DNA from: Macrostomum lignano
Lineage: Eukaryota
Direction of reading: 5' to 3'
Assembly: GCA_002269645.1 (NCBI GenBank)
Contig: NIVC01002344.1
Coordinates: forward strand, 1-64,000
Length of the DNA: 64,000 bases
Shown in pieces: positions 14,020 through 26,000 of the stretch. Within the stretch, counting starts at the first letter, position 1; each line of letters begins with the position of its first letter. The notes under the pieces were generated by a model. That model was not told the origin of the DNA. It searched no databases and was given only the letters and a program-made list of their open reading frames with translations. Position numbers and translations under genes: made by a program.

Positions 14020-15266
14020 ATGTCTTGCGCTTTGAAAGTGTCCATTTTTCTTTGCTTTCTGCTGACCTGCGCGACCTGCAAGTTGGTAAATTACACCTAC
14101 GTGGGCTGCTACGTAGACTACACGGATGGTGCAAGAGACATGACAGGACTGGCGGGATTCAGCCATCTGGGTCAGCATTCCAAGGATCCAGCAAGCTGTT
14201 TAATACACAGCAGCAGCAGCATGTCGCTCGAGCTGTGCAGCCGCGCCTGCTCACTGGGAAAGTTTCTGTACTTCGGCGTGCAGAATAGCGACCAGTGCTT
14301 CTGCGGCAACTTCTTCGGGTCGCAGGGCTCTGGAGACCCCAGCGACTGCAACAGTCCGTGCACTGGCAACGAGCTGCAGTATTGTGGAGCCCCTACTCGA
14401 AACTCAGTGAGTTGCTCACTATTTACAGAAAAGATAGTTTGCCCATGCTTCACTCAGATAAAGCCACGCGACATTTTGAAGCATTAAATAAATCAATGTT
14501 CCTGACGGCATATGGGATACAGGGGCGTAAGTTGTAACCCTCATGGGCACCAATAATAAGTGCCTTGCTGGGCGCCCCTTGTCTCTTGGTGGGCGCCCCT
14601 GTCTCTTGGTGGGTGCCCCTGTCTCTTGGTGGGTGCCCCTGTCTCTTGGTGGGCGCCCCTGTCTCTTGGTGGGCGCCCCTGTCTCTTGGTGGGCACCCCT
14701 GTCTCTTGGTTGGTGGGCGCCCCTGTCTCTTGGTGGGCACCCCTGTCTCTTGCTTGGCACCCCTGTCTCTTGGTGGGTGCCCCTGTCTCTTGGTGGGTGC
14801 CCCTGTCTCTTGGTGGGCGCCCCTGTCTCTTGGTGGGCGCCCCTGTCTCTTGGTGGGCGCCCCTGTCTCTTGGCCAAATTCACAAATGTCAAAAAGTTAT
14901 GCTGTAGTTGTTATCCATGTCCAGCGGTGTTTACTAGGAATTTTTAGCAATCTCTCATCACTATAATTTTGAGTCACTGCCTATTGCATTTTTGACCAAT
15001 TTTGACCAACACATTGGCCGATATTTTCAGACAACTTCTACACCGTGGTGAAGCCGAACAATCTACATATCGATGGCCCCGACGCCTCCTGGCCAGCCGC
15101 TGTCGCGGCCAAGACCGCCACTCAGTGCGCGGCCCGGTGCAGCGCCAAAGCCGACTGCCAGGCCGCCGTTTTCTCCAAGCGGCTGCTCGCCTGCCACCTG
15201 CTGGCGTACGCCTACCCGCCAGCCAGCCTGACCGGACCCGACTGGACTCTCTACCAGCGCGGCTGA
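14020..15266 (+). CDS. Secreted WSC-domain + PAN/apple-like domain protein (exons 14020-14406, 15031-15266; junction phase unresolved)
   Basis: Hydrophobic signal MSCALKVSIFLCFLLTCATC. WSC pattern YVGCY...LELCSRAC...YFGVQNSDQCFCG...CNSPCTGNELQYCG. Exon 2 has the PAN pattern QCAARCSAKADCQAAVFSKRLLACHL. Donor GTGAGT at 14407, acceptor TTTTCAG at 15030. Confidence 0.75.
14571..14872. repeat. 20-bp intronic minisatellite (GGGCGCCCCTGTCTCTTGGT)n
   Basis: Period 20, about 15 copies. Confidence 0.93.
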
Positions 15267-16122
15267 GTTCGCCACAACAACAGCATGGCAGCAGTTGAGC
15301 CAAATGCAGGCCCCAAAACCACCGGAGCCTCACAAGTGACAAATCACTCGTCGAACTCCATTTTAAAAAAACTGTAGACCGACCGCAGCTTTTTGTCAGT
15401 TTGCACACGATAAAATAGTTAAGTTTCTGCACCCAACATTTATTGTTAATTGCGTGTTTTGGATTTCACGGTGACATCCGGCAGAGCTGAGTGTTTTGGC
15501 ACCAAAACTTGCACCTATTCTCAATGTCCGCTGTCCACCCTGTGTGAGCATTTGCGTCTCGATGTCTCGATAGGTTGCCCACAACATTCATGAGAATTGA
15601 TTTGCTTTTTTTTTTCTACCTTCCCAACTTTGTCAAAATGAGAGCCATACTGGTAAAAAGAAGCTTAAAAACCGAAGGTAAGAGACAGCAAAAGGAAATG
15701 ATGCAGAAAAATTCTTTTCTTTGTTCTAAACATCTCGCAAGGAAATGCTGGCTTCCCGAAAAAGTTTGTTGGCTTTTCGAGGGAAAACTTCATCGCGCTC
15801 GGAGCTTGCAAAGAAAACGAGAAAAAACACAAAAGAAGCCCGAAACTAACAGACAAAAGACTTCCTTCTCGAATTGTCTCAAAGCTACAAGAATAGCGCT
15901 AGTCAGAGAATCAGGGAAAGAGTTGGGATTCGATACCCCGGGAAGTTTTCTGGTCGGAAGTAGAAATTTACAGTCTCTCTTTCTTGCAGTCGCAGTGGAG
16001 CCCCGGTGATGGCACCCATCCTGATCTATGGCATTGCGAGACAGCCTTGGCTCATACTATGGACTGAATAACAATAGACTGGACTCGGGTTAGCGAGTTA
16101 AGCTAATTCTCATGCCTGTAAA

Positions 16123-16643
16123 AGCAATAATCGGTGCTAAATAGCCCGATACTTATCTACCTGAGTGAGCAATAATCGGTGCTAATTAGCCTGACACCAA
16201 TTAACTACCTGAGTGAGCAGTAATCGGTGCTAATTAGCCCGACACCAATCAACTACCTGATTGAGTTATAATCAGCGCTTAATAGCCTGACGCCAATTAA
16301 CTACCTGAGTGAGTAATAATCGGTGCTAATTAGCCTGACGCCAATTAACTACCTGAGTGAGTAATGATCGGTGCTAATTAGCCTGACGCCAATTAACTAC
16401 ATGAGTGAGTAATAATCGGTGCTAATTAGCCTGACACCAATCAACTACCTGAGTGAGTAATAATCAGTGCTAATTAGCCTGACACCAGTTGACTACCTGA
16501 GTGAGCAATAATCGGTGCTAATTAGCCTGACACCAATTAACTACCTGAGTGAGTCATAATCGGTGCTAAATAGCCTGACACCAATTAACTACCTTAGTGA
16601 GTCATAATCAGTGCTAATTAGCCTGACACCAATCAACTACCTG
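16123..16643. repeat. 47/48-bp minisatellite, array 2 (same family and orientation as 12958-13316)
   Basis: Same unit, period 48 (16321 to 16369). Shares the variant unit AGCCCGA(C/T)ACTTATCTACCTGA with array 1. Confidence 0.9.
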
Positions 16644-17705
16644 CGTAGTCCAACAAATAAACAAAACAAAGTCAATAAGCTCTCTGATTGATTTCACTGC
16701 GCCGCAAAATGGGTGACCAAATAAAAACATTTTTTGATTTCAAGTTTTCCGTATTTTTAAATAATAAAATGAAATCTGTTATTATTAAAATTAATATTGT
16801 GTTTCGCTTTTAGTCACCCAATTTTGGTTGTCTGGATAGCTATAGATGGCTGTGCATTTATTTAAAAATTTATTATAATATTATGATCAATAAGTCTTAG
16901 ACAAGATGATGACAAGGCTCTCAGCCAAGATAGTAGACAAAAAACTAAAGGACTTCATTAAAAAAAAGACGCAGCCACTGTAAGTAGTATTTGTCAGATT
17001 TTTTTTCAAACGAGATCAGGATATTGCGCGTGTTGGTTAAATTATTTTCTAAATTAAAAAAATGAAATTGCACACAACACAAAGCGTAACAAAAAATAGG
17101 AGATTTAGTTGACATCAGCTAATTAAAGTAGTATATGCATGTCAGCAGTCGACTAGTATTAATAAAAAATATATTTTTAATTAAAAGTTTGCAACGGTCG
17201 CAGTGACACTTGGACTTGCTAGGCAAGCGTTTTAGTGAATAATATAATATTAATAGGTTCAATGATTTCACTATCAAAGTATCGACAAGTTTTAAGTTAA
17301 TATCCGAGCGCTTCTCGCTTCAAAATCAACTATTGATGCCTAGAAATTCATTGTCGACACTTCTCTCAGCTACTCACAGTAATACAGGAGGGCCAAGCTG
17401 AAGAATATCGGAATAAATATCATGTTTGCTTATCATTATGAATTAATAGAAAAAATGGACGAGCAAAAAAGCGCACACTGCTGCAGGTAGAACAAAGACC
17501 TCTCTGACAATTGCCAATCTTGCTAAAAAGCCAACCGCAGTGCCAGAAGAGAAAGCAGACAGCGTTTAAAAAAGAACATGAAAAATTTAAAGCGAGTAAA
17601 ATATACATTTGTTTAATTTTCTCCACAAAGAGTTTCCGTTTTAAAAATTCGAAACCAAAAAACACGCAGAGTTCAGCGCGACACCGCAGCCTCAGGCCGA
17701 GAGTT

Positions 17706-20700
17706 CTACACAACACGGCCCTCGTTTCCAGAGGCGATCTGGCGGCAGATTATCACGGAGCAGATGATGCACAGAATCTGCGGGGAGGGACGGAGCACCG
17801 CTGCCTCAGTGCCTCTAGTGTGCCTGGCTGAGTGTCTGTCTCATTTCTGTCTCAGTGTTTGTCTCAGTGTCTGTCTCAGTGTCTGTCTCAGCGTCTGTCT
17901 CAGTGCCTGTCTGTCTCAGTGCCTGTTTGTCTCATGCCTGTCTGTCTCAGTGTCTGTCTCAGTGCCTGTCTTAGTGTCTGTCTCAGTGCCTGTATCAGTG
18001 TCTGCCTCAGTGCCTGTCTTAGTGCCTGCCTCAGTGCCTGTCTTGGTGCCTGTCTCAGTGCCTGTCTTGGTGCCTGTCTCAGTGCCTGTCTCAGTGCCTG
18101 TCTTAGTGTCTGTCTCAGTGTCTGCCTCAGTGCCTGTCTTATTGCCTGTCTCAGTGCCTGCATCAGTGTCTGCCTCAGTGCCTGTCTCAGTGCCTGTCTC
18201 AGTGCCTGTCTCAGTGTCTGTCTCAGTGTCTGTCTCAGTGCCTGTATCAGTGTCTGTCTCAGTGTCTGTCTCAGTGTCTGTCTCAGTGTCTGCCTCAGTG
18301 CCTGTCTCAGTGCCTGTCTTAGTGTCTGCCTCAGTGCCTGTCTTGGTGCCTGTCTCAGTGCCTGTCTCAGTGCCTGTCTTAGTGTCTGTCTCAGTGTCTG
18401 CCTCAGTGCCTGTCTCATTGCCTGTCTCAGTGCCTGCATCAGTGTCTGCCTCAGTGCCTGTCTCAGTGCCTGTCTCAGTGCCTGTCTCAGTGTCTGTCTC
18501 AGTGTCTGTCTCAGTGCCTGTATCAGTGTCTGCCTCAGTGCCTGTCTTAGTGCCTGTCTCAGTGCCTGTCTCAGTGCCTGTATCAGTGTCTGCCTCAGTG
18601 CCTGTCTCAGTGCCTGTCCCGAGCAAGTCCAGACTCACCTGCAGCAGGATGGCCAAGATCACGGTGATCAGAGCGGCGCGCATGTAGACTCCATTCATAG
18701 CGACCAAGTTGTCTAGGCAGTCCTTGAGCAAAAAAGAGACAAAAAACAGACAAGTGAGGCAGGCAGTTTTGAGCAAATTAACAAACAGATCCGCAGTCCA
18801 GCCGCTCACATGTTCGTGGATGAAGCCGCCCTCGCGGGCCTCCTGCTCGTTCTTGGGTCGCACGCATTTTTCTTTCTTAGCCGGACTGTCAAGTACGCCG
18901 GAGCCGCAGCAGGAGTCAGGGAACTGGGCCGGGTTCGAGCTCTGCTGCTGATACCACGGGGTGCTGAGGAAAAAGTTCTGCTGCTTGTCCAGGCCGGCCC
19001 AGCCGCAGCACTTGTCCTGTAGATATGGGGATTCCCGTGTAGATGTAGTTATGGGGATTCCCGTGTAGATATAGTTATGGGGATTCCCGTGTAGATGTAG
19101 TTATGGGGATTCCCGTGTAGATGTAGTTATGGGGATTCCCGTGTAGATGTAGTTATGGGGATTCCCGTGTAGATATAGTTATGGGGATTCCCGTGTAGAT
19201 GTAGTTATGGGGATTCCCGTGTAGATATAGTTATGGGGATTCCCGTGTAGATGTAGTTATGGGGATTCCCGTGTAGATATAGTTATGGGGATTCCCGTGT
19301 AGATGTAGTTATAGGGATTCCAATGTAGATGTAGTTATAGGGATTCCCGTGTAGTTATGGGGATTCCCGTGTAGATGTAGTTATAGGGATTCGCGTGTAG
19401 TTATAAAGATTTCTGTGTAGTTATAGGGATTCCCGTGTAGTTATCGGGATTCCCATGTCGTTTTTAGGGATTCGCGTGTAGTTATAAAGATTTCTGTGTA
19501 GTTATAGGGATTCCGTGTAGTTTTAGGGATTCCGTGTAGTTATAGGGATTCCCCTGTAGTTTTAGGGATTCCCGTGTAGTTATAGGGATTCCCGTGTAGT
19601 TATAGGGATTCCCCTGTAGTTATGGGGGTTCCCGTGTAGTTATATGGATTCCCATGTAGTTATATGGATTCCCATGTAGTTATAGGGATTCCTGTGTAGT
19701 TATAGGGATTCCCATGTAGTTATAGGGATTCCTGTGTAGTTATAGGGATTCCTGTGTAGTTATAGGGATTCCTGTGTAGTTATAGGGATTCCCACGTAGT
19801 TATTAGAACTCCTCGTGAAGTTAAAAGGGATTGCTTTGCAATCATGGAATTGCTGCGTGAATGAAGGGATTACATACAGTATATTAAAAGCCGCAACACC
19901 AGTGAACATACATTCCTCTGCAGTTTGTCGATGGCCTCAGTGAACATCTTGCTCTCCTTGATGGTGAGATTTCCATAGTGACGCTTAAGGCGGTCCTGAA
20001 ACTGCTCGCCAACCATGCCCTTGAAGTCACCCTTGTACACCACGGCCATGATAGCGGCGGCCAGGTTGATGAAGAGGACCAGGAACAGCAGGATCACGTA
20101 CTGCAGTGGGCACAGGCGTGGTTTGGGGGCTTGGACAGTGAATCTAGGAGGCTGGTAGCCCAGCAACTGAGGATCTGGGAGGCTGGCCTAGGAACTGGGG
20201 ATCTGGGAAGCTGCTGGCCCAGCAACTGGGGATCTGGGAGGCTGGCCCAGCAACTGGGGATCTGGGAGGCTGGCCTAGGAACTGGGGATCTGGGAAGCTG
20301 CTGGCCCAGCAACTGGGGATCTGGGAGGCTGGCCCAGAAACTGAGGATCTGGGAAGCTGCTGGCCCAGCAACTGGGGATCTGGGAGGCTGGCCCAGCAAC
20401 TGAGGATCTGGGAAGCTGCTGGCCAGCAACTGGGGATCTGGGAGGCTGGCCCAGCAACTGAGGATCTGGGAAGCTGCTGGCCCAGCAACTGGGGATCTGG
20501 GAGGCTGGCCCAGCAACTGGGGATCTGGGAGGCTGGCCCAGCAACTGGGGATCTGGGAGGCTGGCCTAGGAACTGGGGATCTGGGAGGCTGGCCCAGCAA
20601 CTGGGGATCTGGGAGGCTGGCCCAGCAACTGGGGATCTGGGAGGCTGGCCCAGCAACTGGGGATCTGGGAGTTATGGAGATTACCCCGGAAGCGCCTGGA

Positions 20701-21000
20701 TTATCCAACAAAATGTCACGCGGAGGAGCTCACCACTCCGAGCAGGCAGCGGTTCTCCTTGCAGACGCCAACGCAGCCGCACATGGCGATGAGGATGGTG
20801 AAGCAGCCGCAGCCAATCAGCAGGTAGCGCAGAGACCGCATGAGGCTCACGCCAGCCAGCAGCTCAGAGTACTTGCCCAGATCCGCGCTGGTGCACAGGT
20901 AAATGCCGACGCCAAGGATAGCAATCCCAGTCAGCAGGAACAGCAGGTTCACCACAATCAGGAACATCTTCATGCAGCTGTTGGTTACGCGACCAGACAT
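17706..21000 (-). CDS. Tetraspanin A, 272 aa (exons 21000-20734, 20100-19912, 19016-18810, 18722-18639, 17777-17706)
   Basis: Four TM segments. TM2 GCGCF...MCGCVGVCKENRCLL. Large loop DKCCGW...FPDSCC...KC...DC. All introns are GT-AG and phase 0; the joined frame is open to TAG. Confidence 0.93.
17832..18618. repeat. 12-bp minisatellite (GTCTCAGTGCCT)n in tetraspanin A intron 4
   Basis: Period 12; source of the spurious TGTE/VSVP/CLSA ORFs. Confidence 0.93.
19026..19803. repeat. 26-bp minisatellite grading into a 20-bp derivative, tetraspanin A intron 2
   Basis: GATTCCCGTGTAGATGTAGTTATGGG units change to GATTCCCGTGTAGTTATAGG units (loss of one ATGTAG hexamer). Confidence 0.92.
20146..20670. 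repeat. 28/31-bp minisatellite in tetraspanin A intron 1
   Basis: Unit CTGGCCCAGCAACTGGGGATCTGGGAGG with length variants. Confidence 0.9.
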
Positions 21001-21179
21001 TGTTGGTTGTCAAGTTTCTTTACACAAATACAGCTTCAGATTTACAGATTGATAATTGCCGGTTAAAAGGTGCTTTGAAACCGTATTAAGCGTCAATGGC
21101 GAGAGCAAGCAGAAGTGAGCAGTTTGATTCATAGAAATATGCTCCTGTTTTGGCATGGATTACGTCAACTGATGACAAG

Positions 21180-22620
21180 GGTTTAGGTCAACTTAGGGCA
21201 AGGATTAGGTCAACTGAGAGCAAGGATTAGGTCAACTGAGGACACGGGTTAGGTCAACTGAGGACACGGGTTAGGTCAACTGAGGACACAAGCTAGGTCA
21301 ACTGAGGAGACAGGAAAGGTCAACTGAGGACACGGGTTAGGTCAACTGAGGGCAAGGATTAGGTCAACTGAGAGCAAGGATTAGGTCAACTGAGGACACG
21401 GGTTAGGTCAACTGAGGACACGGGTTAGGTCAACTGAGGACTAGATTAGGTCAGCTGAGGACACGGGTTAGGTCAACTGAGGACACAAGCTAGGTCAACT
21501 GAGGAGACAGGAAAGGTCAACTGAGGACACGGGTTAGGTCAACTGAGGACACGGGTTAGGTCAATTGAGGACACGGGTTAGGTCAACTGAGGTCACGGGT
21601 TAGGTCAATCGAGGACACACAAGCTAGGTCAACTGAGGACACAAGCTAGGTCAACTGACGACACGGCTTAGGTCAACTGAGGTCACGGGTTAGGTCAATC
21701 GAGGACACACAAGCTAGGTCAACTGACGACACGGCTTAGGTCAACTGAGGTCACGGATTAGGTCAACTGAGGACACAAGCTAGGTCACTTGAGGAGACGG
21801 GAAAGGTCAACTGAGGACACGGGTTAGGTCAATTGAGGACACGGGTTAGGTCAACTGAGGTCACGGATTAGGTCAACTGAGGACACAAGCTAGGTCAACT
21901 GAGGACACAAGCTAGGTCAATTGAGGATACGGGTTAGGTCAACTGAGGACACAAGCTAGGTCAACTGAGGACACAAGCTAGGTCAACTGAGGAGACAGGA
22001 AAGGTCAACTGAGGACACGGGTTAGGTCAATTGAGGACACGGATTAGGTCAACTGAGGACACAAGCTAGGTCAATTGAGGACACAAGTTAGGTCAATTGA
22101 GGATACGGGTTAGGTCAACTGAGGACACAAGCTAGGTCAACTGAGGAGACAGGAAAGGTCAACTGAGGACACGGGTTAGGTCAACTGAGGACAGGGGTTA
22201 GGTCAATTGAGGACACGGGTTAGGTCAATCGAGGACACACAAGCTAGGTCAACTGAGGACACAAGCTAGGTCAACTGACGACACGGCTTAGGTCAACTGA
22301 GGTCACGGATTAGGTCAACTGAGGACACAAGCTAGGTCACTTGAGGAGACGGGAAAGGTCAACTGAGGACACGGGTTAGGTCAACTGAGGACACGGCTTA
22401 GGTCAACTGAGGTCACGGATTAGGTCAACTGAGGACACAAGCTAGGTCAACTGAGGACACAAGCTAGGTCAATTGAGGACACAAGTTAGGTCAATTGAGG
22501 ATACGGGTTAGGTCAACTGAGGACACAAGCTAGGTCAACTGAGGACACAAGCTAGGTCAACTGAGGAGACGGGAAAGGTCAACTGAGGACACGGGTTAGG
22601 TCAACTGAGAACACGGGTTA
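21180..22620. repeat. 22-bp minisatellite (AGGTCAACTGAGGACACGGGTT)n between tetraspanins B and A
   Basis: Period of about 22, roughly 65 copies, with higher-order variant patterns. Confidence 0.93.
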
Positions 22621-23065
22621 AGGTCTTCTAAGGACAAAACTTCTAAATCTTGATAAGCCAACTAGTATAGCAAGTAATCAATAGTATATATGTATATTAA
22701 CACGTCTAGTATTTGTACAGAAGATGGTAGAAAAAGAACACAGGAAAAAAGCATACATGGATAGCGCTGTAGCGCACCCGAAAACAGGAGTACATGTATA
22801 TAGCGTTCATGAATGTTGATTTAAAGCTTTGGTCAAAATCGTCTATAAAAAAGCAACAAGCTTAAAACGTGTGCAGGAAAAAGTTTCATTAATCAATATA
22901 TAGCAGATTTATGTGAATTCAGAACTGTATAAACACAAAGGTAGGAGTTTATAAAGTTATTCCATTCAAAACTGTCATAAATTTTAACTGTATTTCAGCT
23001 TGCTGGATAAATATCATATTCTCGATCAAGTATTCTCGAACTGACAACAAAGCTACTCAAAATCA

Positions 23066-26000
23066 CTAGACATGGATCCCGCCGTCTGAGCCGCGCCGGA
23101 TTTGACACAGCAGCACGATTGCGCAGATGAGGCACACAATCTGAAAGGTTGGGGATGGTCATCTCTTGGGTAGCTTAACTATAAGTCGGTTTTTGTTGGA
23201 TAGGTGACTTAAACCAGCTTTTAAGGTAGGGTACCTAATTGGGTAGGTTGGTACGTAGTGCTAATTTGAATAGGCTAGTTAATAGGGTAGGTTGGTTAGT
23301 TGGGTAGGTTGGTTGATTGGGTAGGTTGGTTAATTGGGTAGGTTAGTTAGTTGGGTAGGTTGGTTGATTGGGTAAGGTTGGTTAATTGGGTAGGTTGGTT
23401 GATTGGGTAGGTTGGTTAGTTGGGTAGGTTGGTTGATTGGGTAGGTTGGTTGATTGGGTAGGTTGGTTAGTTGGGTAGGTTGGTTGATTGGGTAGGTTGG
23501 TTAGTTGGGTTGGTTGGTTGATTGGGTAGGTTGGTTGATTGGGTAGGTTGGTTAGCTGGGTAGGTTGGTTAATTGGGTAGGTTGGTTAGTTGGGTTGGTT
23601 GGTTGATTGGGTAGGTTGGTTAGCTGGGTAGGTTGGTTAGTTGGGTAGGTTGGCTAATTGTGTAGGTTGGTTAATTGGGTAGGTTGGTTGATTGGGTAGG
23701 TTGGTTAATTGGGTAGGTTGGTTAATTGGGTAGGTTGGTTAATTGGGTAGGTTGGTTAATTGGGTAGGTTGGTTAATTGGGTAGGTTGGTTAATTGGGTA
23801 GGTTGGTTGATTGGGTAGGTTGGCTAATTGGGTAGGTTGGCTAATTGTGTAGGTTGGTTAATTGTGTAGGTTGGTTAATTGGGTAGGTTGGTTGATTGGG
23901 TAGGTTGGTTAATTGGGTAGGTTGGTTAATTGGGTAGGTTGGTTAATTGGGTAGGTTGGTTAATTGGGTAGGTTGGTTGATTGGGTAGGTTGGCTAATTG
24001 GGTAGGTTGGCTAATTGTGTAGGTTGGTTAATTGTGTAGGTTGGTTAATTGGGTAGGTTGGTTAATTGGGTAGGTTGGTTAATTGGGTAGGTTGGCTAAT
24101 TGTGTAGGTTGGTTAATTGGGTAGGTTGGTTAATTGGGTAGGTTGGTTAATTGGGTAGGTTGGTTAATTGGGTAGGTTGGTTAATTGGGTAGGTTGGTTA
24201 ATTGGGTAGGTTGGTTAATTGGGTAGGTTGGTTAGTTGGGTAGGTTGGTTAATTGGGTAGGTTGGTTAATTGGGTAATTTTGGTTAATTGGGTAGGTTGG
24301 TTGATTGGGTAGGTTGGTTAGTTGGGTAGGTTGGCTAATTGGGTAGGTTGGCTAATTGTGTAGGTTGGTTAATTGTGTAGGTTGGTTAATTGGGTAGGTT
24401 GGTTAATTGGGTAGGTTGGTTAATTGGGTAGGTTGGTTAATTGGGTAATGTTGGTTAATTGGGTAGGTTGGTTGATTGGGTAGGTTGGCTAATTGGGTAG
24501 GTTGGCTAATTGTGTAGGTTCGTTAATTGTGTAGGTTGGTTAATTGGGTAGGTTGGTTAATTGGGTAGGTTGGTTAATTGGGTAGGTTGGCTAATTGTGT
24601 AGGTTGGTTAATTGTGTAGGTTGGTTAATTGGGTAGGTTGGTTAATTGGGTAGGTTGGTTGATTGGGTAGGTTGGCTAATTGGGTAGGTTGGTTGATTGG
24701 GTAGGTTGGTTGATTGGGTAGGTTGGCTAATTGGGTAGGTTGGTTGATTGGGTAGGTTGGTTAATTGGGTAGGTTGGTTAATTAGGTAGGTTGGTTAATT
24801 GGGTAGGTTGGTTAATTGGGTAGGTTGGTTGATTGCGAATATTGGAGCAGATATTTTCACATAAAATGAAGACCAACAGCACCCACCTGCAGCAGGATGG
24901 CAGCAATCACGGTGCCGATCGTGGCGTGAATGAAAGTGCCGCTCACATCGATCAGCCTGTCCCAGCAGTCCTGCAACGTAAATTAATGTGAATATCACTA
25001 GTAAGTACTATTGTCACAGTACATTGCTGCGTTACTATACTTAAGTGGCACAATCGAAGGAGGTATTAAGCACGCACTTCTTGTACATTCCCCGTCATCC
25101 AACTCAAAAACGAATAAATCAGTTGAAGTACAAATTAGTGAATAAAAGTACAAAATATCAGTAAAAGTACAAATTAGCAGTAAAAGTACAAACTAATCAA
25201 TAACAGTACAAACTAATCCGTAAAGTACAAATAATCAATAAAGTACAAATTAACAAATTAAAGCGCAAAAAACAGCTAAAGTACAAATGAAGCAGCTTAC
25301 CATTTCGTGTATAATTCCTTCCTCTCTGCTCTTCTTCTCATCCGTAGAGTACGCGCAGGACTCATACTTTGGGCCCTTAGTCAAGGCGCAGCACGAGTCA
25401 GGAAACGTTCGAATCTTATCGCCGGAAGATGAAGAACTGCTTGAGTTGGCGTTGATAACGCGGAACCACGGGGTGCTGTTGAACAGGCTGGGCGACCCAA
25501 GGCCACTCCAGCCGCAGCACTGCTCCTAGAGGCAGAAATTGTAGCGTTAAAGTAAATAATTATGCAAACATATCGTCTGCGGTTTGCAGCACTGGGCTTA
25601 CTAAACACCTGTCACATGGCGCCACAAACACTCATTGCCCCCTACAGTTGTGAGAAGGCGCCACAAACACCCATTTCCCCTTACTGCTGTCAGATGGCGC
25701 CACAAACACCTATTGCCCCCTACAGCTGTCAGATGGCGCCACAAACACCTATTGCCCCCTACAGCTGTCAGATGGCGCCACAAACACCTATTGCCCCCTA
25801 CAGCTGTCAGATGGCGCCACAAACACCTATTGCCCCCTACAGCTGTCAGATGGCGCCACAAACACCTATTGCCCCCTACAGCTGTCAGATGGCGCCACAA
25901 ACACCTATTGCCCCCTACAGCTGTCAGATGGCGCCACAAACACCTATTGCCCCCTACAGCTGTCAGATGGCGCCACAAACACCCAGTGACCCCTACAGCT

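Noticed and set aside
17764-18863. TGTE/VSVP/CLSA repeat ORFs resembling mucin or adhesive proteins
   Set aside because: They lie in tetraspanin A intron 4, and a 12-bp unit is open in several frames on both strands.
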